Part shown: in pieces, positions 37,575 through 46,563 of the stretch | How positions within the stretch are numbered: position 1 is the stretch's first letter | Layout: each line of letters begins with the position of its first letter | IMG/VR virus record: IMGVR_UViG_3300032297_000368 | Span: 17,470 to 81,469 of that record | DNA from: a virus | Reading direction: 5' to 3' (one strand) | DNA: 64,000 nt | Notes under the pieces: model-generated | Database searches by the model: none | What the model was told of the DNA's origin: nothing | Seen by the model: only the letters and a program-made list of their open reading frames with translations | Position numbers and translations under genes: made by a program

Positions 37575-37794
37575 TTGACACCTCATAAGAAGCATCCAAT
37601 ACACCCAATGTTACCCACTTTTTAGGGAACAACATCTCACGACCGGCAAAGTCTTTCATGTTATAATTAGGATCATCAACCAATCCTAATACCTCAACTT
37701 GTTTATCAAATTCTCTATAAAAGAGATCATATGAATAGGCAGAAGGAAACTTGTTCACTTCTGCCAGTTGTTTTGCCATTTTATACATACTCAT
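37564..37794 (-). CDS. Hypothetical protein
   Basis: GAGG Shine-Dalgarno upstream; in-operon. Confidence 0.6.
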   Translation of the reverse strand: MSMYKMAKQLAEVNKFPSAYSYDLFYREFDKQVEVLGLVDDPNYNMKDFAGREMLFPKKWVTLGVLDASYEVSNVH

Positions 37795-37819
37795 TATTTA
37801 CCTCACTGTTAATAAAAAA

Positions 37820-38440
37820 TTACAATACTTTCAGATTGTTTTCAAAATGTGATTTACGATCTTCAAGTCCTATGGTACCACCATTAATTCGTTTTGTCAA
37901 GGTCAGGATGTCCTTTTTATCCGCAATTTCATTCAATTTGTTTTTGTTCCAGAACCAACATGCCGATTCAATAGCACCATCAAGTGTCTCGCAATAGGCA
38001 ACTGCTTCATCTATTGATTTACCGATTGAAGTTGCAAATGCGGCATAGTTATCATGTCCTGTCAATTGAATTGCACCACGACCACGATACTTATAACCAT
38101 CACCAGACTTTTCATCACCGTTACCCATACGTGATGCATAAACTTTATTAGCAATCATTTCAGGTTTACGTTCGTACTTGAGTGCTGTTGCTTCATCAGG
38201 AAAGTATTTCTTAAATGTACCCATCAAACCTTTTGCACCGTAGTTTAGGTTTTCTTTCAATACAGTGAAATCTAAAGATTCATGGCCACATTGTGCTAAG
38301 AAAGCTGCAACTCTTTCTTTAGTGGTTATATCATACTTTGGTAATACTTTTGAAAAAGATTCAAATAACTTATCTGTCTCTTTGTTTTTCCCTAAACATT
38401 GTTTAAGTTTTGCTGCGGTAAATTCGAAGTTGAATGACAT
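37820..38440 (-). CDS. GH19 chitinase-like endolysin
   Basis: FLAQCGHES, ENLNY, YRGRGAIQLTG, INGGTIGLEDR. Confidence 0.93.
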   Translation of the reverse strand: MSFNFEFTAAKLKQCLGKNKETDKLFESFSKVLPKYDITTKERVAAFLAQCGHESLDFTVLKENLNYGAKGLMGTFKKYFPDEATALKYERKPEMIANKVYASRMGNGDEKSGDGYKYRGRGAIQLTGHDNYAAFATSIGKSIDEAVAYCETLDGAIESACWFWNKNKLNEIADKKDILTLTKRINGGTIGLEDRKSHFENNLKVL

Positions 38441-38619
38441 TCTCTACTCTCCTTTGTTGTATTTGTAAGGTATATACTACCATCACGAACATCATATTCA
38501 AGTTTGTCACCAACTTCCCATCCTAACTCTTCAACCAATTCTTGTGGTAAGTCTAATATTCCATCGCCATTTTCCAATATGGCACTTACCTTTGTTATAT
38601 GAACTTTAGTTTTTGACAC
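38392..38619 (-). CDS. AbrB/MazE-like swapped-hairpin protein
   Basis: LDLPQELVEELGWEVGDKLEY. Confidence 0.7.
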   Translation of the reverse strand: MSKTKVHITKVSAILENGDGILDLPQELVEELGWEVGDKLEYDVRDGSIYLTNTTKESRECHSTSNLPQQNLNNV

Positions 38620-39118
38620 GATAAATTCTCACTCTACATTTCTGTAAAAAATTAATCCCATCATCGTTTTTATATTCGTGTTCATATATAACTTCTGCAA
38701 TTCCTGCCTGATAGATCATCTTTGCACATTCTAAACATGGTGCATGTGTAACAAATAAAGAAGCACCTTCAGATGAATTTGTTGAACGTGCTACCTTTGC
38801 TAATGCATTTGATTCAGCATGTAATACTTCAGGTCTTGTTTTTAATCTGTATCTTCTGCCATCTTTTCCTGTTAATGGCCATTGATTTTCAATTTCAGGT
38901 GGATCAATCCAACCGCCTGCTTCTGAAGGAAAATATTCTTTAGTTTCGCATGTATTATTCCAATCAACAGGCATTCCATTGTAACCAATACCAATGATAG
39001 TATTGTTCTTTACGATTACACAACCTACTTGTAATCGTTTGGCACTTGAAAGTTCTGCATAAACACTTGCAGCTTTCATATGTGCCTTAACATACTTACT
39101 CTTCATCAACAGTGACAT
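38606..39118 (-). CDS. cd: dCMP deaminase
   Basis: VGCVIV, GYNG, HAESNA, PCLECAK. Confidence 0.93.
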   Translation of the reverse strand: MSLLMKSKYVKAHMKAASVYAELSSAKRLQVGCVIVKNNTIIGIGYNGMPVDWNNTCETKEYFPSEAGGWIDPPEIENQWPLTGKDGRRYRLKTRPEVLHAESNALAKVARSTNSSEGASLFVTHAPCLECAKMIYQAGIAEVIYEHEYKNDDGINFLQKCRVRIYRVKN

Positions 39119-39269
39119 TTTTCTTTTTACTTTCTTTTCTTACGATTTTGGATTCTACTTCAGCTTTAATCATAGATTGTTTGTAGAAAGACTTATGTTC
39201 AGAGTCTTGAATTGTTGCTAAAACTCGTTTGACTGTTTTAGGCATTTTAAAAGCGGAGTTTGTTTTCAT
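39096..39269 (-). CDS. Small basic hypothetical protein (57 aa; not in the ORF track)
   Basis: Hand translation MKTNSAFKMPKTVKRVLATIQDSEHKSFYKQSMIKAEVES...; AAGGT SD; fills the gap between hsp20 and cd. Confidence 0.6.
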   Translation of the reverse strand: MKTNSAFKMPKTVKRVLATIQDSEHKSFYKQSMIKAEVESKIVRKESKKKNVTVDEE

Positions 39270-39287
39270 AATATACCTTTATATAGA

Positions 39288-39307
39288 AGTGGGGCATAAG
39301 CCCCACT
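39288..39307 (-). terminator. Hairpin after hsp20 (possible terminator or stability element)
   Basis: AGTGGGGC-4 nt-GCCCCACT, with only a weak U-tract. Confidence 0.5.
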
Positions 39308-39309
39308 CG

Positions 39310-39783
39310 TTATGCTGCTTTTTTAGTTTCTTGTAAAAGTTGTGGTGTAAACTCTAAGAGTTCTTCACCAATAGCAACCTTACGTGGCTTTCTATGTTCT
39401 GGAATAATATTTTCTAAACCAATACGTAGAATGCCATCTTTGTATTCAGCACCTTTAACTGCAATGGTATCTGATATAGCAATTGACTTAGTGAATGAAC
39501 GTGTACCAATACCACGATGCAAATAATTCAATTCAGTCTTATCTGCCTTTTCACCTTTGATAGTGAGTGTATTTTCTTGCACTTCAATATCAATTTCATC
39601 TCGACTAAACCCAGCAACAGCCAACTCCACAATATATTTGTGTTCATCGGTTTTGATGATATTGTGTGGTGGAAATGTCGTGACAGGTTTATCATTTAAA
39701 AGTGATTCAACATCACGAATGAAATTTTCAAAGCCCAAACTGTTATTTAAAACCATTGGACCAAAGCGACCAGTAATAGTCAT
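39310..39783 (-). CDS. hsp20: Small heat shock protein (IbpA/Hsp20)
   Basis: FPPHNI, ELAVAGF, YLHRGIGTRSF, DGILRI. Confidence 0.95.
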   Translation of the reverse strand: MTITGRFGPMVLNNSLGFENFIRDVESLLNDKPVTTFPPHNIIKTDEHKYIVELAVAGFSRDEIDIEVQENTLTIKGEKADKTELNYLHRGIGTRSFTKSIAISDTIAVKGAEYKDGILRIGLENIIPEHRKPRKVAIGEELLEFTPQLLQETKKAA

Positions 39784-39840
39784 AGTAGTTCTCCTTTTAG
39801 TTAAGCGAGTTTATAAAGAAGTGACCCCGAAGGCATCACC
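39784..39840 (-). promoter_or_regulatory. ROSE-like RNA thermometer in the hsp20 5' UTR
   Basis: CUCGCUU-aacuaa-AAGGAG pairs the SD with a bulged G (U(U/C)GCU motif); upstream cUUCGg hairpin. Confidence 0.65.
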
Positions 39841-39843
39841 CCT

Positions 39844-40026
39844 TTATTTAGTTAAAATTTTAAATGCTTCACGGTTGACCAGAAAAGTTCTTTCTGGATG
39901 ATCTTCTTTAAATACTCTAATAAAAGTCATGCCATTAGATTCCGAAATATCAGATATATCTCTACAGATAACTATATCACCCGTGAAAGTGTTTTTTAAT
40001 TTGACTGGCGGTTTCACTTTTTTCAT
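39844..40026 (-). CDS. Hypothetical protein
   Basis: GGAG SD; in-operon. Confidence 0.6.
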   Translation of the reverse strand: MKKVKPPVKLKNTFTGDIVICRDISDISESNGMTFIRVFKEDHPERTFLVNREAFKILTK

Positions 40027-40040
40027 AATATAACTCCATA

Positions 40041-40445
40041 TTAATACTCTTGTCTTTTCTTACCAATATTGTATTTACTTACCAACTCCCATTCATCCTT
40101 TTCTTTGAAAGCAATGATTTTAATTTGGTGTACAGGTGCAATCTTATCACCGATAACTTGTGGATTTACAATATCAACCAATTCCCATTCTTCTAACAGT
40201 CTTGCAATTGCATTTCTTCTTTCAATATCATTGTCTGATATGTTCGAAGGCTTACCATCTAAAGCAAATAATTCTTTGAAGTGTACAATATAATATCTTC
40301 CTTGTTTATGTAATATATGGCAAGACTGATACAATACTTTCTCTTTTCGTGAAGATACTCCGATTCGGGTTAGTGTCTCACGTACTTTCAAAAAATCATC
40401 TTGTTCTACAAGTGTCACCTCGATAAATTTACTTAAATCTACCAT
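40041..40445 (-). CDS. regA: Translational repressor RegA
   Basis: DDFLKVRETLTRIG, LYQSCHILHKQGRYYIVHFKELF. Confidence 0.97.
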   Translation of the reverse strand: MVDLSKFIEVTLVEQDDFLKVRETLTRIGVSSRKEKVLYQSCHILHKQGRYYIVHFKELFALDGKPSNISDNDIERRNAIARLLEEWELVDIVNPQVIGDKIAPVHQIKIIAFKEKDEWELVSKYNIGKKRQEY

Positions 40446-40446
40446 A

Positions 40447-40830
40447 CTATTTCCTTAATCCACCGGTGTCGGTTTGTTGTTTTATTTGTTGGATTTGTTC
40501 ATCATTTAGTAGGCGGAGAGCTTCACGAGCTTTAAGGTCTGAAAAACCATAGACTTGTTTGATGCAGGATATATCATCATGTTTTTCAGCTTTTACCCAC
40601 TTCATGAACGGTCTTTTTTGAGACCGTACGGTATTTAGTAAATAATCATTCTGTAGATTTTTATCTAGATGGTGCCTCTGGTTCATCTCATTTGCGTACA
40701 TAATACAATCTTTATGGTACGAAAGTGATCGATTTACCAGAAACGGTTGATACTCCTTCTCAGTTATATCGTCAACAATTAGATTCTTTTTGCCTTGCAA
40801 TATCTGGTTAACAAATTCAAACGGACTCAT
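40447..40830 (-). CDS. gp62: Clamp loader small subunit (gp62)
   Basis: YQPFLVNRSLS...ANEMN; position between gp44 and regA; start MSPFEF at 40830. Confidence 0.9.
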   Translation of the reverse strand: MSPFEFVNQILQGKKNLIVDDITEKEYQPFLVNRSLSYHKDCIMYANEMNQRHHLDKNLQNDYLLNTVRSQKRPFMKWVKAEKHDDISCIKQVYGFSDLKAREALRLLNDEQIQQIKQQTDTGGLRK

Positions 40831-41759
40831 TTGAACTCCAGATTCACCATCAATTCTGTTAGGCAAGCGACTGTATTGATCTCAGCATCAGCAACAAAAG
40901 CATTCTTATACTGATAGTCAGCCAAGATAACCACCGCTTGTGGAATAGATTGTGGTTTCAAAGTATCATAAAGATTATCATACAGTTTTCTAAACAAAGT
41001 GGCAGCATCAATATCATTACTAGCAACCCATTTACGAATTGCACCAAAGTCTTTATCTTTCAAAAACTTCACAATGTCATTGATAGCAACATCACCAATT
41101 TGATTTAGAATACCAACATCAATCTTACCAAACTGCGAATATCTTTGCAGTTCATTAATGATACGGCGAAAATCTGGAAAATGTTTCTTGATTAATTCAG
41201 CAATAACTTTATCATCATACTCAATAGTTTCATTAGCCAAAACGGATTGAATTCGTTTGAAGAATTGTCCTGCCATTTGAGCCTTCTCACCATTCTTCAA
41301 CGTGAAGTCAACGACAGCACATCGTGAATGTAGAGGTTCAATGATACGATTTTTAAAATTACACGTGAAGATGAATGAGCAGTTACTAGCAAACTCTTCA
41401 ATAGCATTACGCAATGCTGGTTGTGTAGAATTTGGATTTAGATAATCTGCTTCATCGATAATGATAACTTTACGACCACCCATCAAACTCATAGATGATG
41501 CATAAGTTTTTATCTTAGTTCTGAATACATCGATACCAGATTCATCAGAACCATTGATTACCATGTAATCGCAACCTATCTCGTTGCACATGGCTTTGGC
41601 GATTGTTGTCTTGCCTACTCCTGCTCCACCACTCAGTAGTAGATTTGGAATGTTTTTCTGATTGACGTACTCTTGAAACGGTTGCTTCAAACGGTCTGGA
41701 AGAATACAATCCAGAACCGTTTGAGGCCGGTACTTCTCTGTCCATAATAAATGTTGCAT
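40827..41759 (-). CDS. gp44: Clamp loader large subunit (gp44)
   Basis: WTEKYRP, GGAGVGKTT, IIDEAD, SRC. Confidence 0.97.
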   Translation of the reverse strand: MQHLLWTEKYRPQTVLDCILPDRLKQPFQEYVNQKNIPNLLLSGGAGVGKTTIAKAMCNEIGCDYMVINGSDESGIDVFRTKIKTYASSMSLMGGRKVIIIDEADYLNPNSTQPALRNAIEEFASNCSFIFTCNFKNRIIEPLHSRCAVVDFTLKNGEKAQMAGQFFKRIQSVLANETIEYDDKVIAELIKKHFPDFRRIINELQRYSQFGKIDVGILNQIGDVAINDIVKFLKDKDFGAIRKWVASNDIDAATLFRKLYDNLYDTLKPQSIPQAVVILADYQYKNAFVADAEINTVACLTELMVNLEFK

Positions 41760-41823
41760 AAGAACCTTTCACATAAATCATAATATATTACTATAAGGAA
41801 TAAAACGAAAATAAAAATATATA

Positions 41824-42831
41824 TTAAACTACAATCAAATCTTGTTCACCAGCTTTAACATCTTGAGGTAAAAAACCTACAACTTGCCAAGGAAAAGTTT
41901 TGTGTTCTAGATAATATTTCATGACATCTAATAAAGCAGTTTCAAGTTTTTGAAAATTATTTACCATCTTATCACGTTTTTCTTTCAAAGGATATTTTTC
42001 CGTCGGAGATTTTGTGTGACAAATAAAATATGAAGTTGATCCTGTTTCTGAAAACTTTTTAGCTGCGCTCATAATATATTCATACTCATAACCTTCTAAC
42101 ACCGACCAACCAAAAGATTTTCTTTTCTTATCGAATTCACCACTAGTAACATAATCAGTTGTTTTCTGAACAAAATTATTAACATCGTGTGGAGTATAAG
42201 TGACGGTATCAGAATAAACAGCAACGCCATTTTTCTGCATGTTACGAACGACATCACGAATTACTTTTGCTTTTGTATTACCATGCATATTTTTACAGTG
42301 TGCATCCAAATAATCACGAATACTATCACAATTAGGTTCGACAAGTTTAGAATTGTGATCTAAAAGTCTGCAAATAATATTTACAGCATCATCTTCACTT
42401 GTTTCTAAATGTGGAGGGTGATCGTTTTCATCTAACTGAAGCGTTCTTAGAGAATCTTCATAAGTGGATTTTTCATCACCAGTAATTGCATATACATCGA
42501 AAATCCATTTATTGTAATTATTAGCCAACAAAGCTTCCAATCTATGATTTCCAGCAATTAACTCATATTCGTAAGTATGACCATCTATTAGTTGTACTTT
42601 TTCACGAACTATAGGTGGAGACTTAGAATAATTTATTCCGTTTCTAAAAGATTCGGTTAATCTCTGAATATTATTATAGTTCTTACCTTTTTTTCTAACA
42701 GGATTATCTTTGAGTGGTGGAATGTAAATCTTGAAAATATCAATAATTGATCTATCAAGATACTTTACGCCGGGGGTGTTGTAGCGTCCAAAGGTTACTT
42801 TAGACGGATCGAGGGTGTTAATATCAAACAT
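41824..42831 (-). CDS. ParB/Srx-like N-terminal domain protein inserted between gp45 and gp44
   Basis: PPIV...YELIAGNHRLEAL motif; AGGAG SD. Confidence 0.65.
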   Translation of the reverse strand: MFDINTLDPSKVTFGRYNTPGVKYLDRSIIDIFKIYIPPLKDNPVRKKGKNYNNIQRLTESFRNGINYSKSPPIVREKVQLIDGHTYEYELIAGNHRLEALLANNYNKWIFDVYAITGDEKSTYEDSLRTLQLDENDHPPHLETSEDDAVNIICRLLDHNSKLVEPNCDSIRDYLDAHCKNMHGNTKAKVIRDVVRNMQKNGVAVYSDTVTYTPHDVNNFVQKTTDYVTSGEFDKKRKSFGWSVLEGYEYEYIMSAAKKFSETGSTSYFICHTKSPTEKYPLKEKRDKMVNNFQKLETALLDVMKYYLEHKTFPWQVVGFLPQDVKAGEQDLIVV

Positions 42832-42848
42832 ATACTTCTCCTATAAAA

Positions 42849-42922
42849 TTCATACTTGGAGATCAAACGTCTACCGTTAAGTATGAAGTGGGTTTAAAAT
42901 CTCCCACCCAACGTGGGAGATT
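42849..42922 (-). promoter_or_regulatory. Two-hairpin structured leader or terminator between gp45 and the ParB-like gene
   Basis: AATCTCCCAC/GTGGGAGATT (42898-42922) and TTCATACTT/AAGTATGAA (42849-42887) inverted repeats. Confidence 0.55.
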
Positions 42923-42942
42923 GTGCTGCAAAAGATATTTAG

Positions 42943-43638
42943 TTATTTTGCTTTTTCAAACTTTGAACCAACTTCTACAGCAATCCAATACTGTAATGGT
43001 TGTTTCTTATTTTTGAAATGAGCAACAGGAACTCCGTTGTTTGTGGAGTATTCAACATCATATTCACCAACTAAAACTTTTTGTAACGTTTCTGTTTTAA
43101 ACATAATACGATACTTGTCTCCGTTACCTTCACCAATCTCTAGTGCTTCAGTGCTTGCAGCATCATTCGAGGCATCGAAAGTAACCAACTTGATTTTTTC
43201 ACCATCAGATTCGATTGAAATGTGAGTGGAAGATAATACGTTTGCAGCTTTCAATAACAAAGTAAAATCAGTCTCAGTCAAAACAAACTTAACGTCAACG
43301 GTAGTTAATTTGATTGAATTTTCTGGTGGTACTGTGATGGTTTTAACATCAGCAAAACGATACTTCAGTTTAGAACGACCTTTGTTACCAACAATCATAA
43401 CATGCTTGTCATCGAATTCAAACGATGAATCATCACCATGCAAAGAGATTACTGATAGGAAGTTATTGACATCATGAATACCAAACTCATTAGGAATATC
43501 TTCAGTGATTGTGGCTTCTGAAAGGATATTCTTATGTGCCGATACGGTCTTCAGGGTCTTGCCTTTGCGAAACAGCATACCTTGGTTGATGCTCGCAAAG
43601 TTTTTAAGAATGCCTAGTGTTTCATTTGAAAATTTCAT
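42943..43638 (-). CDS. gp45: Sliding clamp (gp45)
   Basis: MKFSNETLGILKNFASINQG...FGIHD...YWIAVE. Confidence 0.95.
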   Translation of the reverse strand: MKFSNETLGILKNFASINQGMLFRKGKTLKTVSAHKNILSEATITEDIPNEFGIHDVNNFLSVISLHGDDSSFEFDDKHVMIVGNKGRSKLKYRFADVKTITVPPENSIKLTTVDVKFVLTETDFTLLLKAANVLSSTHISIESDGEKIKLVTFDASNDAASTEALEIGEGNGDKYRIMFKTETLQKVLVGEYDVEYSTNNGVPVAHFKNKKQPLQYWIAVEVGSKFEKAK

Positions 43639-43653
43639 TTTAAAACCTCATAA

Positions 43654-44016
43654 TTAAGAATTATCAACTACAGAATATAGTATATCATGTTCATACAAAA
43701 ACATCAAGCAGCAAATTGCATGTGCTAAGTGATGTCTTCCTGAATCTGAATCTATTTGTTCACCTTCTTTCCATGCCCACATGTGTCTTTGTGCAGCATC
43801 GAAATAACGATTGATAGAATCAGGAACATGTTTCCAATTTCCTGGTTCATATTTTTCAGCACCAAACGTTAACACATCAGCAGTAGCTTTAAGTGCTAAT
43901 GGTGGTAAAAGACCATAACGTATTTTACCACCATCAAACTTACGACCACCTGTTGTTGCTGTTTGAGATGCCTTGATGCTCTCTTCAATAGAGGCTCTAA
44001 TAGCATCTCGATCCAT
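43654..44016 (-). CDS. dATP/dGTP diphosphohydrolase-like domain (DUF5664)
   Basis: GRKFDGGK, VLTFGAEKYEPGNW, DSGRHHLAHAICCLMFL. Confidence 0.85.
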   Translation of the reverse strand: MDRDAIRASIEESIKASQTATTGGRKFDGGKIRYGLLPPLALKATADVLTFGAEKYEPGNWKHVPDSINRYFDAAQRHMWAWKEGEQIDSDSGRHHLAHAICCLMFLYEHDILYSVVDNS

Positions 44017-44810
44017 TACAGTCTACCTGTAAGTTCAGCAACCTTAGGCATGTTACCAGTGAATGCGTAACTACCGATGTGTTGAGTTCTCATCCATGGA
44101 CACAGATAGATTTGTCCACCAATTTTACGCCACCACTGACAGAACATATAATCTTCTGAAAGATAACGGTGTGAAACTGGATCAATCACTGTATCAAAGT
44201 AAGCATGAATGTAACGTGAGCCATCAAAGTGTGCTTGACCAACATGATCTGGTTTATATTGAAGTTCAGGATATGCATCCTTAAACTTAGTAAACACTTC
44301 ACGTTTAATCATCATGAAGCCTGTACCAATTTCCATAACTTCTAATGGTTCGCTTACTTGAAACTGTTGAGTGCCATGTACTACGTTGAATACATATTCA
44401 CCAACTAGATTTTCTAGTTCACGTGCCTCTAATTGTGGATGTGTACGTGCTGCATGTGCAATGTTAGCCCAATTGATAGACTTCTTAGGATAAGGAGCGC
44501 CAATAACATCCTTATCTAAAGCCATTAAGGCAACAACGTCTTGTGGATTAAAATGAATATCAGAATCCAAAAACAATAGGTGAGAACAATCTGAACGGAG
44601 AAATTCATCGACTAGATAATTTCTTGCTCGTGTGATTAGTGATTCGTTGAATAGGAAGGAAAACTTTGTTGCTACACCGTATTGGTTTAACATGTTTTGT
44701 AAATCTAAGGAAGACTTAGCATACAAACCATGGCATTGGCCACCATACATTGGTGTTGCTACAAATAATTTATTTTTTTTCAAGTCATCGATTTTTACTT
44801 GTATTTCCAT
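44016..44810 (-). CDS. GT-A-fold glycosyltransferase-like protein
   Basis: ATPMYGG, ESLITRARN, FLDSDI, GTGFMMIKR, LSEDYMFC. Confidence 0.75.
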   Translation of the reverse strand: MEIQVKIDDLKKNKLFVATPMYGGQCHGLYAKSSLDLQNMLNQYGVATKFSFLFNESLITRARNYLVDEFLRSDCSHLLFLDSDIHFNPQDVVALMALDKDVIGAPYPKKSINWANIAHAARTHPQLEARELENLVGEYVFNVVHGTQQFQVSEPLEVMEIGTGFMMIKREVFTKFKDAYPELQYKPDHVGQAHFDGSRYIHAYFDTVIDPVSHRYLSEDYMFCQWWRKIGGQIYLCPWMRTQHIGSYAFTGNMPKVAELTGRL

Positions 44811-44821
44811 AATTTACCCAT

Positions 44822-44859
44822 AAAAAAAAGAGGAGAGATACTATTATATATCTCTCCTC
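44822..44859 (-). terminator. Rho-independent terminator
   Basis: GAGGAGAGATA-8 nt-TATCTCTCCTC followed by T8. Confidence 0.85.
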
Positions 44860-44879
44860 GAGCCTAAAATTTAATTATT

Positions 44880-45152
44880 TTAGGCAAAAGCACTTTCGCC
44901 TTTAGCTTTGAGTGCTGCGATACCAGCAGCAACTACACGCTTAGAAGGAGTACCTAGGCGATAGTAAGAAACTTTTTCGCCATTTGCATTTACTCGTGTG
45001 TTTAAGTAAATAGCATGACCGTCATTGCGAAGGTCATTGATTGTTGCGGATGGGTTTGAAACACCAAACACGCTTTGCATTTTAGCTGCGGTCAAAGTGT
45101 TATAACCATCTTTTTTAGAAAGATACGCAAGAATTTTAGATTTAACAGACAT
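44880..45152 (-). CDS. Small winged-HTH DNA-binding protein
   Basis: KILAYL...LTAAKMQSVFGVSNPSATINDLRNDG...YRLG; has its own promoter and terminator. Confidence 0.7.
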   Translation of the reverse strand: MSVKSKILAYLSKKDGYNTLTAAKMQSVFGVSNPSATINDLRNDGHAIYLNTRVNANGEKVSYYRLGTPSKRVVAAGIAALKAKGESAFA

Positions 45153-45238
45153 TACAAATACCTCATAAAGTTAAAAAAGTGAATCGCTGCATTTACTACC
45201 AGACCGAGATGCGATTCGTTATCTCAGAATATAAAACA

Positions 45239-45267
45239 AGTATAATATAATTAATTATCAAAGTCAA
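45239..45267 (-). promoter_or_regulatory. Sigma70 early promoter
   Basis: TTGACT-17-TATACT. Confidence 0.8.
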
Positions 45268-45270
45268 TAG

Positions 45271-45299
45271 AAAAAGAGGCAAATAATATTATTTGCCTC
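45271..45299 (-). terminator. Terminator after the AAA+ gene
   Basis: Perfect 24-bp palindrome GAGGCAAATAATATTATTTGCCTC followed by T5. Confidence 0.7.
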
Positions 45300-45304
45300 A
45301 CTGA

Positions 45305-46507
45305 TTAGAACGGTATTTCTTGACCAACGGTATTGTTGGTAACAGTGCTTGCAACCGTATTAGCAGTCTCAACTGAAGCATCCAGTTTAGTGTACAGGTC
45401 TAAGAATGATGCCTTAGTGTCCTCATCAAAACGATTCAAGCAGTATGAAAGTGCCTTGACACGATCTTTATAGATACCGAATGTACGTGCAATGTGTACC
45501 AAACGGCGAGTAGCAATAACCTCATCACAACCGCCATCACGGAACGTTTGACGGATAACATCTGCCCATGTAACTAACTTATCGGCAAATTCGTTATCTT
45601 CAGCACCAACGGCTTTCAATTCACCACGAATGATTTTCTTTTCGACAGCAACTGGCGGCCAATCCTGTTCGAATGTATTCACAAAGCGCTCTAAGAATGC
45701 TTCATTCAATACGTTAGTAAACATGAAACGACCATCTTCAGAACCTTTACCTTTAGTATTAGCAGTGGCGAAGATTGTAAAACCTGCAGCAGGTGTTACC
45801 AATTCGTTTTTCTTTTTGAGTAAGAAAGGTTTGCCTTCTAATACACGCTGTAAACAGGAAAGATTCTGAGCACCATAATCAATCTCATCAATACATAAGA
45901 CCGCACCTTCACGTGCTGCTACAGTAACGGGGCCATCACGCCATTCCATCTGGCCGTTAATCAACACAAAGTTACCTAACAGATCAGATTCATCAGATTC
46001 GGGTGTCATTGATACGCAAATAAATTTACGTTTTAATTTAGCACAAGCCTGTTCGATTGACATTGTTTTACCGTTACCAGATTGACCAGTAACGAAAACA
46101 GGAAAGAATTGATTCGATTGAATGATATTAACCACATCATCAAAGTTACCAAAAGGTACATAATTCTTGTAAACTTTAGGAACTAAATCGGTTGCTTCTA
46201 AATCGGTAGTGATATTAGAAATACGATTACCAGATTTTTCGGTCATAGGAATTACCTTTGCTACAGAAGCAGATAGTGCCGCAATTTGCAATTCATCATT
46301 CGAAGCTACAGCTTTAAAATCTGAACCTGTTTTATAAACGCCACGAGAAATTTTATTAGCCTCGTCATTAATATACCAATAAGGTATAGCCAAATTGTTA
46401 TCAGCACATAAGTCTTTAATTTCGGCAAGTTTAATTTCTGGTTGGCCGAATGTTGTCAAAAGATCAATAAACTTTTGACGCTTTGCAGAATTACTCATAA
46501 TATACAC
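45305..46507 (-). CDS. MoxR/CbbQ/CobS-like AAA+ ATPase
   Basis: GQSGNGKT, WRDGPV, CIDEID, ATANTKG, NEAFLERF. Confidence 0.9.
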   Translation of the reverse strand: MYIMSNSAKRQKFIDLLTTFGQPEIKLAEIKDLCADNNLAIPYWYINDEANKISRGVYKTGSDFKAVASNDELQIAALSASVAKVIPMTEKSGNRISNITTDLEATDLVPKVYKNYVPFGNFDDVVNIIQSNQFFPVFVTGQSGNGKTMSIEQACAKLKRKFICVSMTPESDESDLLGNFVLINGQMEWRDGPVTVAAREGAVLCIDEIDYGAQNLSCLQRVLEGKPFLLKKKNELVTPAAGFTIFATANTKGKGSEDGRFMFTNVLNEAFLERFVNTFEQDWPPVAVEKKIIRGELKAVGAEDNEFADKLVTWADVIRQTFRDGGCDEVIATRRLVHIARTFGIYKDRVKALSYCLNRFDEDTKASFLDLYTKLDASVETANTVASTVTNNTVGQEIPF

Positions 46508-46530
46508 TCCATGTCACTATCAATACTACC

Positions 46531-46558
46531 ATTATATCACGCTGACGGAATAAGTCAA
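46531..46558 (-). promoter_or_regulatory. Sigma70 early promoter (extended -10)
   Basis: TTGACT-16-TATAAT with TG. Confidence 0.75.
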
Positions 46559-46563
46559 CCACT

